From a virus, in IMG/VR virus record IMGVR_UViG_3300033182_000487, positions 49,149-113,148 of that record: 64,000 nt of DNA, one strand, 5' to 3'. Each line of letters begins with the position of its first letter. Position 1 is the first letter of the stretch. Position numbers and translations under genes: made by a program. The notes under the pieces are model-generated. The model had not been told where the DNA came from. It saw only the letters and a program-made list of their open reading frames with translations, and did not search any database. Shown in pieces: positions 18,499 through 27,777 of the stretch.

Positions 18499-18822
18499 AT
18501 GAAGTCCCTGACTGCTTCCGACCGCAAGACCCTCATTCGCCTCGCCTCGACACTCCCTGTGGGTGACGAGACTCGCAAGGCCATCCTCACCGGACTCGCC
18601 CAGACCCGCGAGGCTGGACGCCCCTGGGGCGGCCCCGGCTACGCGGCGAAGGCCGAGGACTACGACATCCCTCCCGCCCAGGGCGGCAGCGGCTCCCCGC
18701 CGTGCCAGCCGCTGGGTGACGGTCCCTGCTACCGGAAGCACGAGAACTCGCCTCCCGGCGGCACGAACGGCTCCGCGCAGCGCGCGAAGTACAACCAGTG
18801 GTATCGCGAAAACGCGATGTAA
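18499..18822 (+). CDS. Small protein with LIRLASTLPxG N-terminal tag
   Basis: AGGAG RBS; shared leader sequence. Confidence 0.75.
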   Translation: MKSLTASDRKTLIRLASTLPVGDETRKAILTGLAQTREAGRPWGGPGYAAKAEDYDIPPAQGGSGSPPCQPLGDGPCYRKHENSPPGGTNGSAQRAKYNQWYRENAM

Positions 18823-18845
18823 TCGCGTAGCGGCCCTGCCGTTGG

Positions 18846-18860
18846 CGGTATCTCGCCTAT
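18846..18860 (+). promoter_or_regulatory. Class II motif variant CGGTAT-N5-CTAT
   Basis: One mismatch; intergenic. Confidence 0.6.
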
Positions 18861-18913
18861 GGAGCCTCCCACGGTAGAGTGCATCTGCACCCTTCCATTG
18901 GGAGGCTTTCGCC

Positions 18914-20143
18914 TTGTTCGCTACCCTCACCGAAGCCCTCAAGCGGCGCATGATCGAGGAGATCCGGTACTACTGGGGCCAAGACCCGAAGTACAGGGAC
19001 TCGCTCGTGCCCAACATCCAGGGCAAGTTTTCCTTTCGGGAGCGACCACAGCAGGCCATCATCCTCAAGAGCCAGTCGGCCAGCCCCTTCCAGATGGCGG
19101 CGGACCACTACCAGGGGGCCATCGTCTCCTACTGCTACCTCACGAGGGTGTACGGGCAGCGAGGCACGAGCATCGAGTGGGTGCGGGAGAACGCGGTCGC
19201 CATCCAGGCCAACAGCGGTCTGTTCCCCTCGGCTCCGGGCGTCTACTACATCGAGGTCCGCTCCGAGGTCATCGACGTGCGCGGGGTGCCGAAGGAGAAG
19301 TTGGTCTTCTATGTGGACCCGCTCCTGGAGGTCATTGACCAGCGGCCCACGATGCTTGACCCCAGGCTCTACGAGGTCGCGGCGCAGTCGTTCCACCCCG
19401 GCTCGCTTCGGGTGTACGAGATGCCGGGGAACATCCCCTACTACGAGGACGTCAACTACACGGCTGACCCCACCACGGGCAGGATCACTCTTGCCAGCCC
19501 GTTGAAGCCCAACACCTACTTGTCGGTGGACTACCGCTACGCGGGAACCAGCACAGGGCCGTTCCCGCTCCCGGAGAACGGCTCCAACGTCCACGCCATC
19601 CCTGGCGTCGTGCTGGCCTTCGGTCGCCGAGCCTACGAGGGCGACATCATGGCGGTTGTCGTCGCCAATCGACGCGAGACCGTGGCGAAGGAGTTTGGTG
19701 GTCGGTGGGAGATGAACATCGACTTCGACATCATGGCGCGGGACGTCTACGCCCAGGGCGAGATCACGGACCGCACGATGATGTACCTGTACACCGACGC
19801 GAGGGACCGACTCTCGACCGAGGGCATCGAGATCACGATGGTCACGATGGGCGGCGAGGCCGAAGAAGTCTACGACGACGTGGGCGACGACTACTTCTAC
19901 ACGGCCAACATCTCGATGACGATCATGACCGACTGGGCCATCCATGTGCCTATCGGACGGACCCTGCTCAGGGCCGAGCCCAACACCGTGTCTGAGACCG
20001 AGATGGTCGCAGGTCTCACGGATGATCAGTTGGTCGAGATGGGGTCACCTACCGGGCTGCACTACGCGGAGTCGTTGAACCTCGTCCAGATCCGTGATCC
20101 CTACTTCCGGGGGCGCACGAAGACCTACGACCTGATCCGGTAG
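18914..20143 (+). CDS. Probable virion structural protein (neck/tail-completion-like)
   Basis: 409 aa; GGAGG RBS before TTG; beta-rich YTADPTTGRITL module; late region. Confidence 0.5.
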   Translation: MFATLTEALKRRMIEEIRYYWGQDPKYRDSLVPNIQGKFSFRERPQQAIILKSQSASPFQMAADHYQGAIVSYCYLTRVYGQRGTSIEWVRENAVAIQANSGLFPSAPGVYYIEVRSEVIDVRGVPKEKLVFYVDPLLEVIDQRPTMLDPRLYEVAAQSFHPGSLRVYEMPGNIPYYEDVNYTADPTTGRITLASPLKPNTYLSVDYRYAGTSTGPFPLPENGSNVHAIPGVVLAFGRRAYEGDIMAVVVANRRETVAKEFGGRWEMNIDFDIMARDVYAQGEITDRTMMYLYTDARDRLSTEGIEITMVTMGGEAEEVYDDVGDDYFYTANISMTIMTDWAIHVPIGRTLLRAEPNTVSETEMVAGLTDDQLVEMGSPTGLHYAESLNLVQIRDPYFRGRTKTYDLIR

Positions 20144-20152
20144 CCATCCTAT
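20138..20152 (+). promoter_or_regulatory. Class II motif CGGTAG-N5-CTAT
   Basis: Exact consensus, about 29 nt before ATG 20181. Confidence 0.75.
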
Positions 20153-20180
20153 GGCCCGCTACCAGGCAAAGGAGCCCCCC

Positions 20181-20618
20181 ATGAGCAAACTACGCACCAT
20201 CCTCGCCTCCGAGGGCCTGTACCTCGTGAAGAACAAGAAGGTGAAGTCCGAGTTGTGGCGTCGGCTCGCCGGGCGCGGTGACACATGGGGCCGCCGCCTC
20301 AATGAACTGAAGGCGGAATACATGCGTGAGGTCGTTGACGAAGCGGTCATCACCCTTCGGGTTGAAGGCGGGGCGAGAAGCGGCGAAGACACGAAGGTCA
20401 AGGGCAGTGTTCACGGTGTTGTCGGAGAGGTTCAGGGCACCTTCAAGGGTGAACCAGTCAAGTTGAGGTATCGGTGGGTGGATGGCGTCAAGACCATTGA
20501 GTCGGACCTCTCCATTGGCCGTGCATCGAAGAAGCACAAGATGGTCGTGTTGTCCTCGTCTCCGGCGAGTGTCGCCTCCGACAGCCTGTACGCGCACATC
20601 GGCGGGTTGATCTCCTGA
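20181..20618 (+). CDS. Hypothetical protein with LRTILASEGL N-terminal tag
   Basis: AGGAG RBS; leader shared with 37663..38097. Confidence 0.7.
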   Translation: MSKLRTILASEGLYLVKNKKVKSELWRRLAGRGDTWGRRLNELKAEYMREVVDEAVITLRVEGGARSGEDTKVKGSVHGVVGEVQGTFKGEPVKLRYRWVDGVKTIESDLSIGRASKKHKMVVLSSSPASVASDSLYAHIGGLIS

Positions 20619-20629
20619 CTCTGGGAATC

Positions 20630-20644
20630 CGATAGCCTCTCTAT
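20630..20644 (+). promoter_or_regulatory. Class II motif variant CGATAG-N5-CTAT
   Basis: One mismatch; upstream of the lysin-like gene. Confidence 0.65.
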
Positions 20645-20682
20645 GCCTCGTCTCTGGGTGACTGACACCAACCGGAGGCATC

Positions 20683-21507
20683 ATGCCGTCAACCATCCGA
20701 AAGGGATCACGCGGAAGCGACGTGATCCTCTGCCAAGACAGCCTCACGAAGAAGGGCTACCCCTGCGAGGCCGACGGCATCTTCGGGTCCGGCACCGAGT
20801 CGAAGGTCAAGCGGTTCCAGGCCGACAACGGTCTGATCGCCGATGGCATCGTCGGGCAGGCGACGTGGGGCAAACTGCTCGCGGACAACCCCGCTGATGT
20901 AGGCATCGCTGCTCCGTCCCCCCTCCCTCCGGTCATCGCTCACGCACAGAGCCTCGGCTACGAGACGTGGGGCGACCCGTGGCGTCTGTTCCTGTTTGGC
21001 ATCCGTTCCACGGTGCGGAAGGCCGATGCCTTCGACGACATGCTGGGATGCGCCTACGTCAACGACGAGGGCCTGTGGGAAGCCTTCTACTGGCCTGGAA
21101 CCACGGACCCCGGCGCGTACTACCTTGAGCACCCGATGAACAGTGCGGGCTGCGCCATCCTCGTGGCCGACCAGTACCTCGACACCTGGACCATCGACCT
21201 CCACGCCGGGAAGTACGAGGCCCTGTGCCAGAGGGCTGGAGAAGTCAGCGTCTACCGTGACCCCAGCATGGACGACAAGTTGGACCTCGACCCCGGCACC
21301 ATCGCTACGGGCTACTTCGGGATCAACCTCCATGCCGCGACGAGGACCGAGGGCCAGACTTCTACGGTCGTCGGCAAGTGGAGCGCGGGCTGCCAGGTCC
21401 ACGCCTCGGCAGACGGGTTCGCGAAGATGATGGAGTTGGCTCACCAGCAGCAGGACAAGACGGGTCGGGAGACCTTCTCGTACACCCTCATGGACAAGTG
21501 GTTTTGA
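20683..21507 (+). CDS. Peptidoglycan-binding protein, putative endolysin with YkuD-like His/Cys domain
   Basis: GSRGSDV...DGIFGSGT..KVKRFQADNGLIADGIVGQATW PG-binding domain; INLH...WSAGCQV. Confidence 0.75.
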   Translation: MPSTIRKGSRGSDVILCQDSLTKKGYPCEADGIFGSGTESKVKRFQADNGLIADGIVGQATWGKLLADNPADVGIAAPSPLPPVIAHAQSLGYETWGDPWRLFLFGIRSTVRKADAFDDMLGCAYVNDEGLWEAFYWPGTTDPGAYYLEHPMNSAGCAILVADQYLDTWTIDLHAGKYEALCQRAGEVSVYRDPSMDDKLDLDPGTIATGYFGINLHAATRTEGQTSTVVGKWSAGCQVHASADGFAKMMELAHQQQDKTGRETFSYTLMDKWF

Positions 21508-21530
21508 TCGGGGGTTGAGGTAGGTGATCC

Positions 21531-21707
21531 GTGCTGGATGCCTTCATCATCGAGCACATCCGCCGCAAGGAGGAGCGTGAACGCCGAGAGCGTGAGCGCC
21601 CCCGACTTCGCATCCCCCCGCCAGAACCGCCGCAACCACCGAAGCCCGAGACCCCGAAGGACGAGGACTCAGGTCGTGGGGTCACCATCATTGACTTCGG
21701 GCTTTGA
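21531..21707 (+). CDS. 58-aa protein MLDAFIIEHIRRKEERERR...RGVTIIDFGL
   Basis: Not in the ORF track (under 60 aa); GTG start with AGGT RBS; resembles, from recall, a small myxobacterial conserved protein. Confidence 0.6.
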   Translation: MLDAFIIEHIRRKEERERRERERPRLRIPPPEPPQPPKPETPKDEDSGRGVTIIDFGL

Positions 21708-21902
21708 GCACAGCCCCTCGTCGATCAGGTGCATCGCCTCCCGTCCGAACCAGCCCTGGAGGCTCCAGGCCAACCCGGTGTCGATCAACTCCTGCCAAGC
21801 CGCGTAGTACGCCTTCTCCTGCTCCTCGGGCGTCTCTCCCGGAGGTTGTTCCACCCCTTCGCAGATCAGGACGGTTTTCAACGCTGGCAACGGCTTGCTC
21901 AT
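21669..21902 (-). CDS. Small phage-type hypothetical protein
   Basis: WQELIDTGLAWSLQGWFGREAMHLI motif recalled from small phage proteins. Confidence 0.65.
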   Translation of the reverse strand: MSKPLPALKTVLICEGVEQPPGETPEEQEKAYYAAWQELIDTGLAWSLQGWFGREAMHLIDEGLCSKPEVNDGDPTT

Positions 21903-21950
21903 GGGTCCACCGTACCCCGTGGGTAAGGTAGGCGCACAGAGAGGTCACGA

Positions 21951-22412
21951 ATGCCCATCTACGAGTTCACCTGCCAGTCCTGCGGCCTCCGCTTTGAGAA
22001 ACTGTTCCGCCGCGTGTCCGAGGACGCCACGTCGCCGTGCCCCAACTGTGAAGGCACCGGGACGAAGCAGGTGTCGGCGGTCTCCTTCGCGTTCAAGCAC
22101 CCGGCCAGCCAGCGCAACGGACCGCTGCCGCCCAACACCGGAACGAGCGACGACTGGAACTTCGACAAGGCCATCGGCCACGATGCCGCCGAGAAGTGGG
22201 GCAAGATCCACGAGAACAACGCCCGCAAGGACAAGATGATTGCCGACGCCGCGAAGGAGGGTCGTGGGATCACCCGAGACCACCTCGTCCGAAAGCGAGA
22301 GGGTGGCTACCGCGAGGTCACCGAAGGCGAGCGCAAGTACATCAACCAGAACCGCGAGGCCGCTCATGCTGTCTCTCAAGCGGCCACGAAGCAGGCCAAA
22401 GAGAAGAAGTAG
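21951..22412 (+). CDS. FmdB-family zinc-ribbon protein
   Basis: MPIYEFTCQSCG...CPNC. Confidence 0.8.
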   Translation: MPIYEFTCQSCGLRFEKLFRRVSEDATSPCPNCEGTGTKQVSAVSFAFKHPASQRNGPLPPNTGTSDDWNFDKAIGHDAAEKWGKIHENNARKDKMIADAAKEGRGITRDHLVRKREGGYREVTEGERKYINQNREAAHAVSQAATKQAKEKK

Positions 22413-22421
22413 AGCGCCGTT

Positions 22422-22436
22422 CGATACCCCGTCTAT
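22422..22436 (+). promoter_or_regulatory. Class II motif variant CGATAC-N5-CTAT
   Basis: Intergenic, upstream of tail sheath. Confidence 0.55.
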
Positions 22437-22530
22437 ATCCGGCAGCAGGTAGGTAACACTGGCCCTCGTTGGTCGGGATCCCGCGCTTGCACCCTCTCAG
22501 CACCGCTGAGTCAAGATCACGAGGTTCACC

Positions 22531-25500
22531 ATGGCATTCCCAGGCTCCGTCTACGCCCCTCCGGGCGTCTACACCCAGACTCTCTTTGAAGACCCGCTCC
22601 AGAGCATCGCGGGCAACGTCCGCATCCCCCTGCTCATTGGCACCGGGTCCGAGATCCTGACCCAGAGTGGTCTGGAGTTGGTGCGCGGCTCCTCCTCCTC
22701 GGTTGACCAGCGTGTCGTCCAGGAAGACGAGACGGCTCGCGCCGTGGTGTCCATCACGGAAGCCGGACTCGTGACCCTCGGAGCCTTCGACAGCGTCCTG
22801 GACCGCATCCAGACGAAGCACTACCCCATCGTGAACGGCAACGGCACGGGCACCACGGCGACTGACTCCGCGTCGGTCAACGTCACCATCAACGGTGAGC
22901 CTGTTGTGGTCCTCGCCATCGACGGTGCGAAGGGCATCCTCACCCTGTCGAGCAGCCCTGATCCGGGCGACGAGGTGAAGGTCACCTACTACTTCAACCG
23001 CACCGACACCCTGATCACCGACACCCTCAGTGACCAGATTTCTCCCGACGCTCCCGAGATCATCGGCGCGGTCGGCGAGTCCTACGTCGTCATCGAGGGC
23101 GTCAACGACACGCTCTCCTTCACGGTGGACAGCGCCACCGTCGTGGACGTGACCATCACTCCTTCCGCCCCTGCTGGTTGGTCGGCTGCACAGGTCGCCT
23201 CGTTCATCAACGCCGCCGCTGCTGGGACGAGCCTCTCGGCTTCGACCACGGTGAACAACCTCGGCCAGACGGTGCTCTACCTGACCGCTGACCGCGACAT
23301 CGTCGTCGGCAACGGCCTGGCAAACACCACCCTCGGTCTGGACCTCGGTGCCGACACCGCCCGGAACAAGACCTTCTACACCTTCCAGCGTCCCATCGTG
23401 GACGGGTCGAACGGTGGTGTCACCACCACGGACCCGGCGGACGTGACAGTCAAGGTGGACGGCACCCAGGTGATCCCGACCTCTGTGGACGGGGCTTCCG
23501 GTGCTGTGGTCCTCCCCTTCGCGCCAGAAATCGGCGCTGTGGTCACCTGCCAGTACTACTTCAACTCGTGGCAGGACACGTTCGACTACCTCCAGCACCG
23601 AGGCGTCGTCGAGATCACCCAGTGCGGGATCACGCCTGACCGCAACGACTACATCGACGGTGCGGACTTCGTTTTGAAGGACGACAAGATCCTCTGGGGC
23701 ACCGCAGTCACCACCGAGGCTGGCGTCCACACCACGGGCAGCGCCTACTTCGACGACGTGCAGATCTCCACGACCCTGGTGGACACCCGCCAGTACCTGG
23801 CCGCCTGCTCCCCTGTGGTCAACACGAGCGTCAACCCGCCCGTCGAGAACCGCAAGGACTTCACCCTCCCGCTCCAGCCCACCACCGGAAACGGTCGCTC
23901 CACCCCGCTGGGTGCCGAGACCTACTCCAAGGTGGCCAACGGACGGGTTGACCTCCCGACTGACCGCCCTGATCTCGTGTGGGCCTACTGGGGCTTCTCC
24001 CTGGAGGACGCTCTGGACCGTGGCCGCGTCGAGGTCACGAAGGTCGAGTCCTCGACCAGCACCATCACCCTGCGTGAGCCGGTGCCCGTCGGCGCGACCG
24101 TCTACGCCACCTTCTACTACAACACCCTCGTGGACCAGGCGTACAGCGTTGCCTGTGACACCGCTGGTGCAAGCGGTGTGGGCACCTACTCGGTGACCAA
24201 CGAGGCCGGAACCTCGCTCCTGACCCCGCAGTTCGGCTCCAAGAGCGCCGCGCTCGCCACGGTCACCGTCGAGTTCCCGAGCGGCTCCGAGCGCACGCCG
24301 GACTGCCGCTTTGAGAGCCCGTTCGACACGTCGTCGTTCGTCGGCCCTGTCGAGGAGGACGTGACCGTCACGTTCGCTTCCCAGGACGCGACCCTGGCGA
24401 AGTACACGCTCCCCGGCTCCGGTCCCTACTACATGGTCCAGAACGCCAGCGACCAGTTGTCCATCAACATGGACAACTCGGGTGCTCCCGGCGACATCGA
24501 CCTGTCCTCGGTCAGCCGTGCATGGGTTGTCGGTGACGAGGTCGTCTACAGCCCCGACGGCTCCAACGAGTACGAGGACGGCGTGGCGACGACCAACAAC
24601 GAGGTCGATCTGATGATCGACGGCGTGTTGATCCAGTCACGGGCCGATACGGGTGACCGCACGGCCATCGTCGCGACTGACTTCCAGGACATCGGACGTT
24701 ACGCACAGTCCATCAACCGCGCAGCCTTCGGTGACTACGCCGATGCTGCGGGTGGTGTGCTCGTGCTCGCAGCGTCAACGGATGCGAACAACTTCCAACT
24801 GGACGCCGAGGCTTCCAACATTGACGACTACTACGTCGGCTGGACCGTCCGCATCACCAGTGGTGCTGAAGCAGGTAGCGAGGCCACCGTCACGTCCTAC
24901 AACGGCACCACCAACGCGGTGGTCGTCGGTGCGGGGCTCGGTGGTGATCCTGGTTTGGCCAACTACGTCCTCTACAACCCGGACGCGCTTCCGGTGTTGA
25001 AGGCTTCCACGCGCTTCCTGTCCTCGCTCACCATCGCAGCGGGCGAGTTCGACATCATCAACTGGCGCATCGTCGGTTCGTCCGCGACCATCACGGGCAC
25101 GACCCTCGGGATCGAGACTGCTGCTTCCGGTGGTGTGTTCACGTCGGCTACCGCTCTGGCAACCGACGTGCAGACCGTGTTGCAGAACTCCATCAACGCT
25201 GTTGCTGCTGTCCCTGCCATCGCTCCGCAGGTGCTTGTCTCGGCAGACTCCGACGGACGGCTCAACTTCAAGTTGGTCCCCGATGGGGCTGACCTTGAGG
25301 GTGCCTACCTGGAGTTCATCACCGACGGAACCCCCGCGCAGGACTTCTGTGTCCTCGCCGGTCTGGACACCGACACGGCTGGTGGCAGCCAGACTCACCT
25401 CTACAACAGGGCCATCGCCAGCACCTTTGAGTTCGCGGGTGCTACCACCACCCTGCGCCTCAACGACCGTCTGTTCCTCCAGAACCGCATCCGTCCCGGT

Positions 25501-27699
25501 GCTGGAACGGCCAACATGGACACCCAGTTCGTGCTCGACCAGTGCCAGTTGAAGGTGATGGGAGGCACGGGCCTCGCCCAGGCCGCCCTGACCGCCAACG
25601 AGCAGGGCTACGCCGCCATCCGGGCCACCATCATGCCTCCTACCACCTACGGTGAGGTCGGCTTTTCCGGTGGACAGGACGCTGCCGGACAGCCTGTCGT
25701 GACCTTCTTCGCGGCTGGTGGCACCACCGACCAGAACAACGTCTTCCAGATGACCTACGAAGGCACTCCGATCACCGTCGAGTTCACCGACTCGGCAGGT
25801 GCTCCGATTGCTGCCGGTGGTTCGGCAGACGTTCCGCTGGGGCCACTGACCGATGGGAACAGCATCCTGGGTCAGATCAGCGCAGCCATGACCGCCGCTG
25901 GGGTCACGGGGATTTCTCAGGAGGGTGCGGGCATTCGCTTCCGTGGTTCCTCCTCGGCGTCCTCGGCCACCATCGTCATCGGTAGCGGCAACGCCAACAC
26001 CGACCTGGGCTTCGACGACGGCGACATCGTGTACCGCACGGACGTCTCCGTGGAGTCCCTGGTCAGTGTCCTCAACTCCAGTACCCTCTGGAACGACGGC
26101 TCTGGACGCGGCTTCGCCAAGACCGTTCGGGACGACACCAACGCTTCCTTCCTGTACCTCCAGAGCACGGGTACGTCGGGCGCTGGTACGACCTCCTCCA
26201 TCGCCATCGAGGATGCAGCAGCCGACAACGCTCTGCGCCCCGGCAGCGGTCTGGGGGCCACGGACGGCGACGGCAACGTGGGTGAGGCGGCCATCGACGG
26301 CTTCTTCGTCACCTCGTCTGATCCCGTGTCCGGTTCGGGTACGGCCAACACCTCCATCCTCAACTCGGGAACGGGTCAGGACGGCGATGTCGGCGCGACC
26401 TACCGTGACCTGGTGACCGGCCTGACCTTCACCATCCTGCCCCGTGCAGGTGGCGCGGCCTACCCGGTCGGTGCGACCCTGACCTTCACGGTCCGGGCGG
26501 GCGTCACGACGGATGCCAACCTCCCGGTCAACACCATCCCCGGTGTAGAACTCTACGTCTCCAACACCTCCGGGATCACCGTTGGTGACACCGCTGTGGT
26601 GCAGACCTACGAGAAGGGCGGCAACCAGCCTGCCGTGGGCGACCTCTACTACGTCTCCTACGACTACCGGAAGCAGGACTACAGCACCCAACTGTTCACG
26701 AAGCAGTCGGCTGTGGAGGCCACCTACGGTGCAGCGGGCCCGGTCAACCCGGTTTCGCTGGCTGGCTACCTGGCCATCCTCAACGGGGCGGTCCTGATCG
26801 CCATCAAGCAGGTGGAGAAGGACACCGACTCCGACTCCGACGGCACGAACGACAGCGCCAGCACGGACGCTTTCCTCGCCGCCATCGACGAGGTGGAGGG
26901 GACGCTCCCTGGTGGGGCCTACCCGGACTACCTCGTTCCGCTCAAGGGTGACTCCCTGGAGTTGTTCCAGTACCTCGCACGGTCCTGCGACATCCAGTCG
27001 AGCATCCGCTACCGCGCCGAGCGCACCGCGATCTGTGGCCTGTCCGCAGGTACGCAGCCGCGTGAAGCCGGTGAGACGGCGGAAGCCATCGCCCGGACCC
27101 GGATGCGCCTCGTGTACCCGGACATCTGCACCCTGAGCCTGTCGCGGGCCGACGGGACCACGGACTCCTACCTGCTCGACGGCACCTACCTCGCCGCCGC
27201 GTGGTCCGGGAACCGTGCCTCGCCGACCATCGACGTTGCGACCCCGTGGACCCGTGGCCGGATCTTCGGCTTCGACGAACTGGCTCGCAAGATGGATGCA
27301 GTCCAGCAGAACCAGGTCGCTACTCGCGGTGTCACGGTGTTCAACCAGCGCCAGAGCATCGTCGAGTGCCGCCAGGGTCTGTCCACCGACATGACCAACG
27401 TGCTGACCAAGACCCCGACCGTGATCACCATCGCGGACGAGGTCCAGCGCCAGGCTCGTGCCACCCTGGACAAGTTCATCGGGATCAAGTTCCTGTCGAA
27501 CGTGACCACGACCATCGAGGGCCAGTTGTCCAAGACCCTCAAGCAGTTGGTCGCGGCTCAGATCATCAACACCTTCACGGGCGTCACCGCCAACGTGTCA
27601 CCTGATGATCCGACCGCTGCCGAGGTGGAGGCGTACTACCAGCCGGTGTTCCCACTTTTGTACATTATCGTGACCTTCAACCTGCGCTCAAGTCTTTGA
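22531..27699 (+). CDS. Contractile tail sheath protein, very large (1722 aa)
   Basis: N-terminal YAPPGVYTQT; C-terminal sheath core ending AEVEAYYQPVFPLLYIIVTFNL. Confidence 0.85.
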   Translation: MAFPGSVYAPPGVYTQTLFEDPLQSIAGNVRIPLLIGTGSEILTQSGLELVRGSSSSVDQRVVQEDETARAVVSITEAGLVTLGAFDSVLDRIQTKHYPIVNGNGTGTTATDSASVNVTINGEPVVVLAIDGAKGILTLSSSPDPGDEVKVTYYFNRTDTLITDTLSDQISPDAPEIIGAVGESYVVIEGVNDTLSFTVDSATVVDVTITPSAPAGWSAAQVASFINAAAAGTSLSASTTVNNLGQTVLYLTADRDIVVGNGLANTTLGLDLGADTARNKTFYTFQRPIVDGSNGGVTTTDPADVTVKVDGTQVIPTSVDGASGAVVLPFAPEIGAVVTCQYYFNSWQDTFDYLQHRGVVEITQCGITPDRNDYIDGADFVLKDDKILWGTAVTTEAGVHTTGSAYFDDVQISTTLVDTRQYLAACSPVVNTSVNPPVENRKDFTLPLQPTTGNGRSTPLGAETYSKVANGRVDLPTDRPDLVWAYWGFSLEDALDRGRVEVTKVESSTSTITLREPVPVGATVYATFYYNTLVDQAYSVACDTAGASGVGTYSVTNEAGTSLLTPQFGSKSAALATVTVEFPSGSERTPDCRFESPFDTSSFVGPVEEDVTVTFASQDATLAKYTLPGSGPYYMVQNASDQLSINMDNSGAPGDIDLSSVSRAWVVGDEVVYSPDGSNEYEDGVATTNNEVDLMIDGVLIQSRADTGDRTAIVATDFQDIGRYAQSINRAAFGDYADAAGGVLVLAASTDANNFQLDAEASNIDDYYVGWTVRITSGAEAGSEATVTSYNGTTNAVVVGAGLGGDPGLANYVLYNPDALPVLKASTRFLSSLTIAAGEFDIINWRIVGSSATITGTTLGIETAASGGVFTSATALATDVQTVLQNSINAVAAVPAIAPQVLVSADSDGRLNFKLVPDGADLEGAYLEFITDGTPAQDFCVLAGLDTDTAGGSQTHLYNRAIASTFEFAGATTTLRLNDRLFLQNRIRPGAGTANMDTQFVLDQCQLKVMGGTGLAQAALTANEQGYAAIRATIMPPTTYGEVGFSGGQDAAGQPVVTFFAAGGTTDQNNVFQMTYEGTPITVEFTDSAGAPIAAGGSADVPLGPLTDGNSILGQISAAMTAAGVTGISQEGAGIRFRGSSSASSATIVIGSGNANTDLGFDDGDIVYRTDVSVESLVSVLNSSTLWNDGSGRGFAKTVRDDTNASFLYLQSTGTSGAGTTSSIAIEDAAADNALRPGSGLGATDGDGNVGEAAIDGFFVTSSDPVSGSGTANTSILNSGTGQDGDVGATYRDLVTGLTFTILPRAGGAAYPVGATLTFTVRAGVTTDANLPVNTIPGVELYVSNTSGITVGDTAVVQTYEKGGNQPAVGDLYYVSYDYRKQDYSTQLFTKQSAVEATYGAAGPVNPVSLAGYLAILNGAVLIAIKQVEKDTDSDSDGTNDSASTDAFLAAIDEVEGTLPGGAYPDYLVPLKGDSLELFQYLARSCDIQSSIRYRAERTAICGLSAGTQPREAGETAEAIARTRMRLVYPDICTLSLSRADGTTDSYLLDGTYLAAAWSGNRASPTIDVATPWTRGRIFGFDELARKMDAVQQNQVATRGVTVFNQRQSIVECRQGLSTDMTNVLTKTPTVITIADEVQRQARATLDKFIGIKFLSNVTTTIEGQLSKTLKQLVAAQIINTFTGVTANVSPDDPTAAEVEAYYQPVFPLLYIIVTFNLRSSL

Positions 27700-27736
27700 G
27701 CCCCAATACAAACGAGCAGCGTTTAGGTTGCTAATG

Positions 27737-27777
27737 ACCCTCCGGTCGGGTAGATTCCCGACCGGAGGGTTTCGTTT
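27737..27777 (+). terminator. 14-bp hairpin + U-rich tract (terminator; also covers next RBS)
   Basis: ACCCTCCGGTCGGG-TAGATT-CCCGACCGGAGGGT followed by TTCGTTT. Confidence 0.75.
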
